From Octopus sinensis (Eukaryota), in NCBI RefSeq assembly GCF_006345805.1, contig NW_021832888.1:1-29783 (forward strand): a stretch of 29,783 nt of DNA, read 5' to 3'. The notes under the pieces were generated by a model. The model did no database searches. It saw nothing but the letters and a program-made list of their open reading frames with translations, and had not been told where the DNA came from. Every line of letters starts with the position of its first letter. Position 1 is the stretch's first letter. Positions 1-12,774 of this stretch are shown here, in pieces. The position numbers and the translations under genes were made by a program.

Positions 1-100
1 ATCCGGGAATGGATGAATGGTGAAGTTCACCTTGATAGGATTTGAGTCAGATTGTAATATTTCAACGAAGTTTTTTTCCAACGCAGTAACGAACCTGGCA
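1..100 (-). mobile_element. Degraded SINE family A fragment, truncated by the window edge
   Basis: ggatgaatggtgaagttcacct...gatttgagtcaga resembles the ggatgaaaggcaaagtcgacct...atttgaactcaga segment of the copies at 552-756 and 13314-13541. Confidence 0.55.
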
Positions 101-104
101 ACAC

Positions 105-470
105 AATAGAATACAGTCTCAAAGTTTTGCTTTTGCTTACCGTGGTATCTAAAATATTTGAATGTGTACATGAATATGTATTTCTAAGTTGCCTTTTTAT
201 TAATATACTCATATATTGAATTAACGTGAAGACATACGCATGTTAATGCACATGTTGAAGAGACTCCCCATATGCATAGGCACTTTGACAGTTCAATATC
301 AACGAAAAAAAAAGCTCGCTATTGAGTGTTAGCAAAAGCCATGGATGAAGATGTCCGTAAAGGTACTTGCGGTCGTACGAAAGATGTATAGTTTTTCTGC
401 TCGTGTTTGAAATCAACGATTCAGGCCAACGTCTTTAGTATAAACCACTATGCGACCCATCGAGAAAGGG
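105..470 (+). pseudogene. Highly decayed non-LTR reverse transcriptase fragment
   Basis: Manual translation gives LLTVVSKIFECV (cf. ISLLSxxSKIFE), then a (A)FDS-like segment and KVLAVVRKMY, in RT motif order but with stops and frameshifts. Confidence 0.4.
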
Positions 471-551
471 TTAAAATGCCGTTTTATAGCAATGCTGGTG
501 AGAGATAGGGAAGCGATGGAGAAAGCATGTCTCATACAATGTTGTTTGGCT

Positions 552-756
552 TATTTCTTTATTGCCCACAGGGGGCTAAACATAAAGGGAACAAACAAGG
601 ACAGAAAAAGGGATTAAGTCGATTACATCGATCCCAGTGCGTAACTAGAATTTATTTCATCGACCCCGAAAGGATGAATGGCAAAGTCGACCTAGACGGA
701 ATTTGAACTCAAAACGTAACGGCAGACGTGGTACCGCTTCTGCCAGCTAACCGCCT
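552..756 (-). mobile_element. tRNA-derived SINE, family A
   Basis: Reverse complement matches the copy at 23225-23464: head aggcggttagctggcaga, B-box gagttcaaattcc, tail ...tagccccctgtgggcaataaagaaata. Confidence 0.9.
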
Positions 757-1055
757 TAATATATATTGTGCTACGTATGCATGTATGTGTGGGGCGTTCT
801 GTTTATCAAGTGTTGCTAATTAAGGTCTCGCAAATTAACATATCAACTGCGCCTGTCTTGATATATATTCTTGTTTGTTCAACGTTGACCCTTAAACACA
901 TTTCTCTAATTCCTAGATGCCTTTGTTTATATTTACGCATCACTGATTTCAGCCAATTTAAACGCATTCAAAAATGAATGCCAATCAATTCTTCAATTCC
1001 CAAATATTTTTTTTACTGATTCCTGTCTTCGGCATGTCCCTCGTTAACCCGACCG

Positions 1056-1480
1056 CCACCGTCCCCCAACCACACCGCACCACCATCACAGCCCTCTAGA
1101 ACTTGCTACTACTCATAAGAATCACCAACACCACCACCACCCCCATTAACATAAGCATCAGCATCATCACTACCATTACCTCCACATCCATCACGACCAT
1201 CTGCTACCAGCGTCACCACTGCTACTACCATCATCATCATCATCATCATCATCATCATATCACTTCCACCACAACCAACACTAGCATGCCTGTCACCAAC
1301 GGCACCACCTCTACAGCATCATCCCCACACGAACCGAAGACTACCAGCCTCCTTCTTCCCTCCTCCTCCTTCTTCTCTTCCCCTTCTTCTCCTCCTCCTC
1401 CTTCTTCTCTTTCTCCTTCTCCTCCCCCTCCTTCTCCTCTTCCTTCTTCGCTTCCTCCTTCCCCTCCTCCTCCTCTTTTC
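1056..1480. repeat. Low-complexity (CAC/CAT)n followed by a (CCT/CTT)n tract
   Basis: Directly visible; explains ORF 1103..1498. Confidence 0.9.
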
Positions 1481-1845
1481 CTTGTTTCTATGCTTTAATG
1501 GCGTCCATGAACCATTTCGAATAATTTATATTTTCCATTCCGTCTTTGTATTTTAAATCTATTCAAAAATTCTAGTTCAAATCATTGAAACTTATTTCGA
1601 TTTTTCATTACTAATACTGCTGCTGTGTGCACAGTACTAATGTGTCTCCGGGTATACTCAGCTCACAAAATGGACCCAAGTAGGAAACCGGCACCAAAGT
1701 CTATAGAAATTAAATACTGACGAAGACAATCACCAGTAAAACCTTTGCAGTCACATGATATTTTTGTTTCTAACGCTCTAATTAAGTAACAGTCAATACT
1801 TGATTAATTTTACGTAATTTTACATAAAACAGCACGCATGCGCAC

Positions 1846-2072
1846 GACAATTTCCTAAAGGATTTCAATAGATATTAGTATCATAAATAGGGATAGAAAA
1901 TATAGAAATCATTTCATATTCATATAAATATATAAATATATCCATTTCTATTAATATATAATCATAATTTTTTTCCACAGTTAGTAAATATTATGTCTAA
2001 CATTTCTTTTAATTCAACTCATTAAAAAAATCACCATTTACTAGCTAATTATGATTATATATTAATAGAAAT

Positions 2073-2107
<35 letters not shown>

Positions 2108-2109
2108 TA

Positions 2110-2142
<33 letters not shown>

Positions 2143-2213
2143 ATATTTATATAGATACGAAATGATTTCTATATTTTCTATCTCTATTTATTGAAATCCT
2201 TTAGGAAATTGTC
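1846..2213. repeat. Long inverted repeat (foldback) around an AT-rich spacer with (TA)n
   Basis: gacaatttcctaaaggatttcaata (1846-1870) is the reverse complement of 2189-2213; gatagaaaatatagaaatcatttc (1892-1915) is the reverse complement of 2159-2182. Confidence 0.9.
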
Positions 2214-2219
2214 TAAAGA

Positions 2220-2750
2220 ATATTTACTTAAATTTCTTAATATAGAATCTGGATGTCAAATGATAAGAGACATTAAAACCTCTAGAACACTAGTAATCTA
2301 TGTTCCCCTAGCCCTCTAACTCCGACCTACTAGCTTTTTGCTATAATACATTCAAATGTATCTAAACTGAATTCCTCAAAAGTGGGAATAGGTTTATGGT
2401 TTTGACATTTCTACTATCCCTTCCTATATCTATAAATAGAAAAAATTCTTTGTCTCCATCCTACCAAGAATAAAACCCCCCTCCCCACTGACAGATCTAA
2501 ATAACAAAGTGAACTCAATAATAAAATCTACAGTCAGAGAGTGAACATACTACTATCATATTCTTAAGGACGAAATCAACCTCTCTGTCTATATATCTAC
2601 CCTCTTAATAAAGTTGGCAAATGAAATAGAGATAAGAATGGTCATTGTCCGTTTGATTGGAAAATTCTATAAGTGGCTGAAGATTGCTCGACATTTTAAA
2701 ACTGATGTAATACTTACAGTGTTTAATAAAAGTAGCATGAAACAATTGTA
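2220..2750 (+). pseudogene. Possible very decayed Penelope-like ORF C-terminus
   Basis: Pieces NIESGC, TKSTSLSIY and FDWKIL.VAE...CN occur in the order of the PLE linker/GIY-YIG C-terminal pattern (ST.LS.YIW...I.W.I...A...C.LC); many stops. Confidence 0.3.
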
Positions 2751-2810
2751 CTACTCTACCTCGGATATACTTGTTGCTTATTTTGATTTTATATATATAC
2801 ATACACACAT

Positions 2811-2976
2811 AGGCGCAAGAGTGGCTGTGTGGTAAGTAGCTTGCTAACCAACCACATGGTTCCGGGTTCAGTCCCACTGCGTAGCATCTTGGGCAAGTGT
2901 CTTCTGCTATAGCCCCGGGCCGACCAATGCCTTGTGAGTGGATTTTGTAGACGGAAACTGAAAGAAGCCTGTCGTA

Positions 2977-3022
<46 letters not shown>

Positions 3023-3259
3023 ATATATATATAAAGTGTGTGTATGTGTTTGTGTGTCTGTGTTTGTCCCCCTAGCATTGCTTGACAACCGATGCTGGTG
3101 TGTTTACGTCCCCGTTACTTAGCGGTTCGGCCCAGAACAAGTACTGGGCTTACAAAGAATAAGTTCCGGGGTCGATTTGCTCGACTAAAAGGCGGTGCTC
3201 CAGCATGGCCGCAGTCAAATGACTGAAACAAGTAAAAGAGTAAAGAGTAAAGAGAGTAC
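2811..3259 (+). mobile_element. tRNA-derived SINE, family B, with internal (TA)n/(TG)n
   Basis: A-box-like gtggctgtgtgg, B-box-like gggttcagtccc, CORE-like cttgggcaagtgtcttc, and a (gtaaaaga)n tail; homologous to 6271-6662 and 14872-15262. Confidence 0.92.
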
Positions 3260-3590
3260 ATATATATTTGCAAATTCAACTATAATATATATATATATAT
3301 ATATAATATATATATATATATGTGTGTATAGCTAGACGGATAATAGATAGATATACATACTGATGCACACACACGCACATATATGAAACGCAGGCGACAT
3401 AGAAGAAAATTTATATGAAGAAATTTTATACCAATAAGAAAATTTATATCAATTCTCTTCTACGAGATTGAAATAACTGTGATTGTTAGCGGTATAAATA
3501 ACCATATTTTACAAATATAGACCTAAGATTTCTTTTAATGCTTTTTTTTTACCTGTCTGACGAATAACTTGCTCAGACGTTACTTCCTGT

Positions 3591-3605
3591 TCTTTCTTTC
3601 TTTTT

Positions 3606-3649
<44 letters not shown>

Positions 3650-3653
3650 TCGT

Positions 3654-3733
<80 letters not shown>
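3591..3733. repeat. (TTTC)n microsatellite
   Basis: Directly visible. Confidence 0.98.
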
Positions 3734-3983
3734 TTGTAGTAGAAGTTGTTGTTGTAGTTGTAAATTCAATAAACTAATTATTTTAATTATTAATTAGCGA
3801 CACAAATTAATAAATTCTCCAAAAAGAAAGAAAGAACCAAAAAAAAAAAGCGAAGTATAGTTCGAAAGAAAATAAAAATTGCAACAAAAACAAACAAAAA
3901 AAGACAAAGAAATCGAATCATTGATAAAATAAATGATTTTGTTTGTTTTAAGAACAGCACCATCTCCATAACCGCCACTGTCA

Positions 3984-4070
3984 CACCACTACCACCACCA
4001 CCACCACCACCGATACCAGTACCAACACCAATACCATCATCGCTGCTGCTGCTGCTACTACTACTACTAA

Positions 4071-4103
<33 letters not shown>

Positions 4104-4183
4104 AGTTGCTGCTTCTGCTGCCACTACTACTACTACTACCATCGCGGCGTCCGTCACCAGCAACAGTTGCTGCTGTTACTACT

Positions 4184-4225
<42 letters not shown>

Positions 4226-4243
4226 TTACTACTACTACTACTA
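3984..4243. repeat. Compound trinucleotide repeats (CCA)n/(CTG)n/(CTA)n
   Basis: Directly visible. Confidence 0.95.
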
Positions 4244-4631
4244 GTGGTGCTGTTTCTTGGCCTTCTGGTATTGAGCGGAAGCCAGTGGGGGGTACGTTAC
4301 AACGGTTAGATGCAAAGGAACACACACCTTACAAGAAACAATCAAAGAGTTTCACGGAAAGAAGCAGGAGACCACCCCGATAGCATTAAACACATTTTCG
4401 TAAAAAAGAAACTAACAAATGGCAATAGTGGTGTACAAAGTATGAACAAGGATGGATTATTAAAATGTACAGCAGCCATATTGATTTTTTTCAGAGAATG
4501 TTACTCACCATCCTCGATTTCTCTAACACATCAAATTCAAGTGTCTCATTCCAGTTTTTACCGGCATCTTTCAGTTGCATTGTTAACGTGGGCTATCCAC
4601 ACCAATTTCTCCATTTCTACATAACCTATAC

Positions 4632-4880
4632 GAAGGCACGTGGGCTAGTGATTGGGATGCTGCTCACACGATCGCAAGATTGTGGATTCGATCCCCGTAC
4701 CGGCCGGTGTGTTGTATTCATGAGTAAAACACTTCGTTTCTCGCTGTTCCTCTGCACTCATCTTTAAATGAGTAACCTTGTGAACGATTGGTGTCTCTTG
4801 CAGGGGGAATGTTGTGACCATGGTTACATATACGCTATAGCAACTGGATAACTGACTCTTTGGGGCCTGGAGCTTCAGGC
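4632..4880 (+). mobile_element. Diverged tRNA-derived SINE, family D
   Basis: Head gaaggcacgtgggctagtg, B-box ggattcgatccc; collinear with 17068-17296, 18851-19110 and the reverse complement of 15771-16081. Confidence 0.75.
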
Positions 4881-5149
4881 ATTAATGTCCAATGTTAAAA
4901 CAGAATTTGTCATTAATTTACTAGGAAGAAACGCTTCTCTTACAATCCTCGTCTTTCATTGTGACCGCTTGACCGGAAAGAAAAACGCTCAATCGTAAAG
5001 TCTTTCTGTCATGTCCTCCATTCAAATTCTTTTAATATGGCCATCAGTTAGAGGGAAACTACTTGCGTTTAAAAAGAATCGCAGTCATTTGATTATTACG
5101 ATAGACTCAACTGATAGCCGAATCTGTTCTACATGTGGTAACAGCTATT

Positions 5150-5400
5150 TTAAATAAGCCTACAAAGAGCAATGTACGGCACCGAATGTGTATATGTTGG
5201 ACGGTTTCGTCATCCTGCAAGCATTTCAGAAATTGCTGGTTGCTTGCTATTCTTATACAGTCTAGCCAGTTGAGTTTATCCTGAACGAAGCCCATTTGTC
5301 GCACTGCTAGTCCCCCAGAGGAGACTGCTAAGACTGTCTCGTGCAATCCTGGAATCACACCCAAGCCATCATCATTCATATCCTCCATTCAGCGTCTAGA
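5150..5400 (-). mobile_element. LINE C-terminal zinc-knuckle fragment (L1/Tx1-like)
   Basis: ORF 5107..5388 contains VQDKLN...FLKCLQDDETVQHIHIRC, resembling the CxxC..E(T)xxH...C zf-RVT motif with the first Cys lost. Confidence 0.5.
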
Positions 5401-5649
5401 GTTGCGCTTCTCAAACTGAGCAATATTGTTTCTTGGGCTGGGGTGAAGCAATAAAAAATGTTAAACATGGTTAATAGAAACAAAAAGCAAGTAAGAGGAG
5501 AGTAATAAATGCATCTCTACAATTAAAAAAAAATTCCTGTTTCATATTTAAATATGAATATAAGTAGTTAAATATAATATGATAAACTGAATATTAGACA
5601 CGATGACAAGGACAGTTACAATAATAGCAACAGCACCAACAATAATGAT

Positions 5650-6055
5650 AGACTTCGAATAAATGCAGAAGACCAAATATATAGCACCTATGCTTTTGAG
5701 ATATGGATCTGTTACAGATTAGGTAGAATAAACTGTTACAGATTAGGTAGAATAAACAGGTTAAGAAATGCCTTTGTACAAGGATATATGTAAGCCCCAA
5801 AACACCTTATTTTTGTGAATGAAGTCCACAAAGCTATTGTATTTTGGACATAGAATGTGCCATGACATCCTGACAGGAAGTGTTGAGGGGAAGAGAACAA
5901 AAGGCCTACAATGATGTTTGTGGACTGAGGACATCAAGGAATGTTACTGAAAGCAAGAGTCTGGCTAATTTTATGCAAGCGGCCCAACAACAACAACACG
6001 GAGGGAACTGAAGTGTGATGGCAAGTCAGCTCCTGAACAAAGAGAAGGCTCTGGC
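5650..6055 (+). mobile_element. RTE-clade LINE 3' fragment
   Basis: Manual translation: AFEIWICYRLGRIN ... KLLYFGHRM ... ILTGSVEGKRTKG ... WTEDIKE, which fits the RTE C-terminus (AFEMW; L.YFGH; G.VEGKR..GR...W.D.IK). Contains a 24-bp tandem duplication of ctgttacagattaggtagaataaa at 5708-5755. Confidence 0.8.
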
Positions 6056-6270
6056 TGGTGGTTGATGTTGATGTTTATACTGCTCGCTTGTAGTAGGGTG
6101 GTCATTTTAGTAAGTAGTCACCTGCGACAATCTAGTACCTGGAACTAAATTATTCTGGTGTGGTATTACGTGTTGGGACAGGAAGAATGGTAGTGTGACG
6201 GGCATTGCACCGTAACAAGGGAGTGTTGATTAAAGAAAAAGGACCGACGATTATAAGAAAAGGTTTGGGA

Positions 6271-6662
6271 AGGCGTAGGTGTAGCTGTGCAGTAAGAAGC
6301 TTACTTTTCAACCATATGGTTCCGATTACAGTCCCATTGTATGGCACTTTCAGCAAGTGTCTTCTACTATAACCTTGGGCCGACTAAAGCCTTGTAAGTG
6401 GGTTAGGCAGATTGAATCTGAAAGAAGCCCGTCATACATACATAATACATACATCTATATATATATATAATTATATATATGTATGTGTGTGTGTCTCCAC
6501 TTGTGTGTGTTTGTTCCTCCCACTGCTTAACAATCAGTGTTGGTGTGTTTACATCGCAGTAACTTAAGGATTCGGCAACGGAGAATGTGCTGGGACTGAT
6601 CCATTTGGCTAAAAATTCATCAAGGCATGGCCACAATGTAATAACTGAAAGTAAACGATAAA
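6271..6662 (+). mobile_element. Diverged SINE, family B
   Basis: Collinear with 2811-3259 across head, central domain, microsatellite and tail. Confidence 0.88.
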
Positions 6663-6951
6663 CAATATATATATATGAGCACTGCTTTAGAGATTGTAAA
6701 GTATAATTTACCCCACACCAACCACATGGTTTAGCAGGCAGAGTAATACCATTCTATAAATTAGAAAGGGTCAAATTCATCTCGGGCATGGCTAAACAAC
6801 CACAGTTCGGACAGTGAGTCGAACTGCAGACACACGTGTCCCGCGAACAACAGCCGCACCTGGTCACCGTCGCCAAAACCTAACGAATTATTTCTGTTAA
6901 CGACTATACCAACATAAAATATCTCGTTTCTTACGATTAGGACAACAAAAT

Positions 6952-7044
6952 ATCATCATCGTCATCATCATCATCATCATCATCAACATCATCACCATCA
7001 TCACCACCACCACCGCCGCCCCCGCCGCCACCCCACACCACCAC

Positions 7045-7122
<78 letters not shown>

Positions 7123-7227
7123 GATTTGTTTATTTTAATCCAAGCGGAAATCATTGTTTACGATCATTATTCAATAATGTTAATGATGATTACAACTCAC
7201 GTTATTTAATAATGTCAATAATGATGG

Positions 7228-7263
<36 letters not shown>

Positions 7264-7373
7264 GATAATGATGATGGCATGATGATCATGATGATTACAT
7301 AAACTTCAATAAGATCGATATTAATGGCATAATTCATCATCATCATCTTCTTCATAGTCATCATCATAACCCC

Positions 7374-7404
<31 letters not shown>

Positions 7405-7490
7405 GTCGTTGTCGTCCTCGTCGTCGGCATTACCATCATTATTAGCAAAATAATCTTTTGACATTGTCGTCATCATCATCGTCGTCGTCG

Positions 7491-7548
<58 letters not shown>

Positions 7549-7580
7549 TATCGTCGTCATCGTCGTCGTCGTCGTCGTCA
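6952..7580. repeat. (CAT)n, (CTA)n, (GAT)n and (CAT/CGT)n microsatellite cluster
   Basis: Directly visible. Confidence 0.95.
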
Positions 7581-7694
7581 GTAGCAAAATTATCTTATCT
7601 TTATTTTTTAATTGTTTCTCTAAACTTCGAAAACAATTATAATAATGTTTATAAAATTAAGAAGAAATTTTAATAAAAATAACACACAAAACCA

Positions 7695-7708
7695 CGCACG
7701 CACACACA

Positions 7709-7766
<58 letters not shown>

Positions 7767-7990
7767 GAACGTACATATACAAACACAGATATTAACTTAC
7801 ACAGATAAAAACACAAACGTTTCTGACTTGTCTTCCGGCCACAAGTAGAATAAGTTAATTAATTAAAGTCTGAAATATTTTTTATTTTCATACTGTATGA
7901 ACTAACCTTTTTGGTACAATGTATATCTATAGGTATACAAAGGTTTATACATACATAAATATATGTATATATATATATATATATATATAC

Positions 7991-8071
<81 letters not shown>

Positions 8072-8130
8072 TATATATATGTATGTGTGTATATATATAT
8101 ATATATAATATATATATATAATATATATAT

Positions 8131-8172
<42 letters not shown>

Positions 8173-8254
8173 ATGTACATGTATATAATATATCTGTATA
8201 TAAATATATATGAATAATATATATATCTTAAATGTGTGTATATATGTATTTATA

Positions 8255-8297
<43 letters not shown>

Positions 8298-8525
8298 ATA
8301 TATATATATATATATATGGAAATTTTTGTTTTTGTGTTATTTAGTCTGAGTATACATTGTGGTAAAGTACAGCATATCATATATCTAGATTTTATATTTA
8401 TCTATAATACATATATATATGTCTAGAATCGAAAACCATATCGACATATATAACATATATATATATATATATAAGTATATATATGTATACATATATACTC
8501 AAACACGGAAACACGCGTATATATA

Positions 8526-8596
<71 letters not shown>

Positions 8597-8747
8597 AATA
8601 TACACACACAAAACATATATATTTAGTTTGATTATTGTACGCCTGTATAACTGTATATATAGTTTGATATTACGCCAAATATCTATCTATCTACTGATCA
8701 ATCTATCTTTCTTTCTATCTCTGCCTGTCTGTCTGTCTGTCTGTCTG

Positions 8748-8815
<68 letters not shown>

Positions 8816-9062
8816 GACACTCACACACAAATACATATGTTGATGTTATTTATAATTTGAGTCAAATCGAATGTGTTTACATGTATCATAACATTGGCAC
8901 TGAAATTCATATTTCAGTATCAACCTAAAATTAGCCTTTTTATATCACGTGAGTTAGTATTTTTCAACATACGCACAAACACGCATACATATATGCACAC
9001 GCACATATACACTACACCATACGATTTTTATATGTTGTTTAGAAATGTAGAAATATATTCTC

Positions 9063-9094
<32 letters not shown>

Positions 9095-9450
9095 CACTCC
9101 TTTCTATATATCTGTCTACATATAAACAAATAGATACATACATAGATACATGCATAGATACATACATAGATACATGCATAGATACATACATACATACATA
9201 TATATATACTTACATACACATACACACACACATATATATATTACATATGTGTGTATATATATATACAGAGAGAAAGAGAGTGTGGTAGATAGATATACAT
9301 AGATATACATATACATAAACAAATATACATATACATATATATACACACATCTCTCTCTGTATACATACATACATACATACATACACACACACATAAATAT
9401 ATGTATATATATGTATATATTCTATTGTGTGCACCCCTTCCACACACAAT
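7695..9450. repeat. Microsatellite field: (CA)n, long (TA)n, (CTGT)n, (CT)n, (TACA/TAGA)n
   Basis: Directly visible, with short unique spacers. Confidence 0.95.
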
Positions 9451-9506
9451 CTATATGGAAAAAAATTACGCTGATCTTCTAAATCTTAATATTTCTCTCT
9501 TTTTAG

Positions 9507-9545
9507 CCCAGATCTAGTAGTGGAAACGAACCTGACCAGAATAAC
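9507..9545 (+). other. Candidate 39-nt microexon (PRSSSGNEPDQNN if phase 0)
   Basis: Pyrimidine tract atttctctctttttAG before, GTAAGA after; length divisible by 3 and open in frame 0. No homology support. Confidence 0.3.
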
Positions 9546-9719
9546 GTAAGACAACGAATTCGCGTAATACATTTAGCAATATCCGCTATATCAAAGATGG
9601 CTGTAATTTTTCCATCTTGGCTGTCTATACGCAGTTGTTTGTATATAATGTGTAGAATCTGAACCCACTGTTAACACGGTTATTTAAACCATAAGAAGCA
9701 ACACGTAATCTAATATTTC

Positions 9720-10535
9720 AACATTAAATAAAAGAAAGGCTAACAAGAGACGTTCTAGCGATAATATGAAGATGAAAATGTTAATTCTAGATGATTGAGT
9801 GGATGCTGTAAAAGTGCATAAACGGTGACAGTACAGCAAATAAGTTGGTGAGACTTGTTAATCTTAATGAATGAAACAATGTTTCGAACAATTACAAGAA
9901 GTATTTATGACTATAAGGCAAACGTTGAAGCTTAATCAACTTTAGATGCACAAACAAGAAATGGAAGTTGTATTATGATTGAAATAATCTTCGTGGATGG
10001 AAGATTGCGACTAAAAACGAATTCCCCGAAGGACATTGATTATTAAAAGGAAAGCTTTAAGCATTTTCTGTGTGATTAAGAAAAATTAATAAGAGAAAAT
10101 GAGATCTTAGCTGCAACTAAAGAAACAGCTACTTCTGGCTGGGCTTACAAATTGAAAAATAGAACAAGAAATGACAATGCTTTTGTAAGAGGTGAAGCTG
10201 TTAATGGAGACGATGTTTTAATGGGAAAATAGTCCAATGTTTTCTTAATTTGGATCAATAGTGAATACAGAGAAAAACTAACAACAAGGAGGTAGATGAC
10301 AATGAGAAACATATAAAGGAAATCCCCGTAAAGGAATGTGATATGTTGTTTTGAGAATTTGAAAAGTCGAACCAATTAATAAATGATATCGACCTTTGCC
10401 CCAAACACAACGAGAAAACTGAGTGAAACCGAACAAAGAGTTTCTCTAATACACGTATATAGAAGCAAGAATTTAGAACTATATAAATGCAAAGATGTTG
10501 TCCAGTTGACATTATTCAGATGTCTTACAAAGGTG
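9720..10535 (+). mobile_element. Decayed Tigger/pogo (CENP-B-like) DNA transposon with internal deletion
   Basis: Manual translation: WMEDCD*KRIPRRTLIIKRKALSIF and ATSGWAYKLKNRT...VRGEAVNGD (CENP-B HTH region, cf. W.ED..KRIP, AS.GW..F..R, GEA.SAD), followed soon after by an acidic C-terminal-like tail EVDDNEKHIKEIPVKE...INDID...QLTL. Confidence 0.75.
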
Positions 10536-11419
10536 TATGTATAGAAGAAGAAATGAAATCGTTCCCTCTTTCTGCGATATTCTTTTTATTGGTTTCAAAG
10601 AAAGGGTATGACCATGCTGGGGCATATAATTTCTAAGAAATTGTTCGACAGTAAATATTTTCATGCTCTATTATTGTTTTTTAAAAAAATCTGACTTTCA
10701 CATCGGTTAGCTTACGACTTCCTGTCGAGCAACTATTGGTTTCTTAGGGCAAGTAATGTAGAGTATTATTATTGTTCAACACAGCTTCTGATTCAGTTGG
10801 GATAAACTGAATGCTTAATATTTATTAACAATTAACTTTCTTGAGTTGAAACCAAATACACAAACACGCACAGAGTAACAAACACACATACACACAAACA
10901 CACAGACACACACGCGCACACAGACACAGACACACACACACACACACACACATACACATTTCTATACTTTTATTCAGCCGTTCAAGGAGAGTCACAAACT
11001 ATACTCTAAGGAAGATATGTTTATTATTTTTCTCATTTTTCGGGTTTTGTGCCAAGAGAAGAAAAAAAAAAAGATTATTTTTCTCATTTGTTCTCAATAA
11101 GTTTCCCCAATTTTGACGCGTATCCACTGTGCAACAGTTAATCTAAAACACGGTTTACTTTCTCTCTCTTTCTCCCCTTTTCCCCCTTTCTCCGTTAAAT
11201 GTTCCCCTTCATTCCTCATTCCTTTCTGCAGAGAAGTATTTGCTTCAAACGTCAAAGACCCTTCTAATTTTTCTGGATGCACCCTATTTGCCTCTTTGAT
11301 GTTCCCTCACCTGTCACTCTTCTGATTATTTTTGATTTTGTACAATTTTGTCCCCCCACCCACAAATACACAGACACACACACACAGACACACACACACC
11401 ACACACACACATTCATCTT

Positions 11420-11882
11420 TGGCGACTCAGGTACTCGGGCTGTTCGGGCTTAGCCTGAGTCTAAGTTTAATTTAAATGGTCGTGTATTTGCAAGCTGGTT
11501 TAATTTCTACCAACACTTACTTCAAGTATGTAATTGCAGCCAATAACTCGGGCCCCTTTCATTGAGCCTAGCCGCAGTTCATTATTTTCAGTCAGTGGTC
11601 GTCTTTGAGGTGTCCTGTATCGAAAAATATTCGTAGCGGACGTTTCCTCGATATTGTTCCCATGCGCCTGACTGGGGCTCGGAAATTACAGCCCGAGTTA
11701 TCTACAATCATAAAAATTACAATATTCTTAAACAAACGAAAAATTATCCAGGTTCTCAGAGGTGAGAATATACTGCTTCGCGCAAGCAGCACGAACATTT
11801 TTCTCGCGTACACGTAGCATCGATCGCATTCTCACCTGGAATCGATTTTTGTAATTTTTCAAGACTTATACACGCCCTGATA
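11420..11882. mobile_element. Possible non-autonomous DNA transposon end with internal inverted motifs
   Basis: Ends ...tacacgccctga|ta (Tc1/mariner-like TA-TCAGGG terminus). Internal inverted pairs: aggtgagaat/attctcacct and taactcgggc/gcccgagtta. Confidence 0.35.
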
Positions 11883-11889
11883 TACGCAT

Positions 11890-12260
11890 TATATATACAT
11901 GTCTACACACACACACACAACACACACACACGCACACGCACACAAACACACACACACACACATATATATATACACACATATATATATATAATTATATATA
12001 TATTTATATATATATATATAAATATGTACACATTATATATATACATACACACACACACACATATATATATATACACACATATATATATATAATTATATAT
12101 ATATTTATATATATATATATATAAATATGTACACATTATATATATACATACACACACACACACACACACACCACACACACACATATATATATATATATAA
12201 TATATATATATATGAATACACATTATATATATGTTTATATGCACACACACACACATATAA
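11890..12260. repeat. Compound (CA)n/(TA)n repeat with a ~100-bp higher-order unit
   Basis: Anchors aattatatatatattta and aaatatgtacacattata each recur twice, with a third diverged copy. Confidence 0.9.
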
Positions 12261-12774
12261 TTTAACACAATATATCTGATTAATAATATCTGTTATGATT
12301 GTGCGGTGGTGGTGGGCGATAATAATTCACCGTTCTAAGAGACCTGCGGCGGGAATATTTTAACTTTTGCGGCTGTCAAAGCTTTCTTTCTATAGATACA
12401 GACAGACGTACAGTGACAGAGGTGGTGAGGGTAAGAGAGACAGAGAGACGGCGAAGCTGTCAAACGTCGTTACAGAGAGAAAGTGGAGGGAAAGAAGGAA
12501 AGAGAGAGGCGGAGGAAGACAGGGTGATATGCGAAAGGGAGAAACGACAGACACTTGCAAAGTGTGGGTTTTGTTGCCCTAGTAACCACAGCGTTTGAGA
12601 TAGGGGTTTCTAACCTAGTCCGCTCACTTCCTCGCCTCTTTTTACATGTCCCTGTAAATTTTGGAGCCAATCCGACCCCATCTTGTGCCCCTTAACCCGT
12701 TCCAATCCCCAAACCAGACAAACAAACTTTCCGCATTTCAGCCTTATATATATATATATATATATATATACATA

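Noticed and set aside
6803-6828. Iron-responsive element (CAGUGA loop hairpin)
   Set aside because: The closing pair is an A-G mismatch and the bulged C five pairs below the loop is absent.
10185-10232. RNA polymerase second-subunit-like GDDVLMGK peptide or viral insertion
   Set aside because: The context fits the Tigger HTH-GEAxxxD region and no other polymerase motifs are present.
12396-12430. 35-nt plus-strand microexon (tatAG...GTAAGA)
   Set aside because: Not frame-preserving, has a stop in phase 0, and lies in GA-rich low-complexity sequence; unsupported without RNA data.
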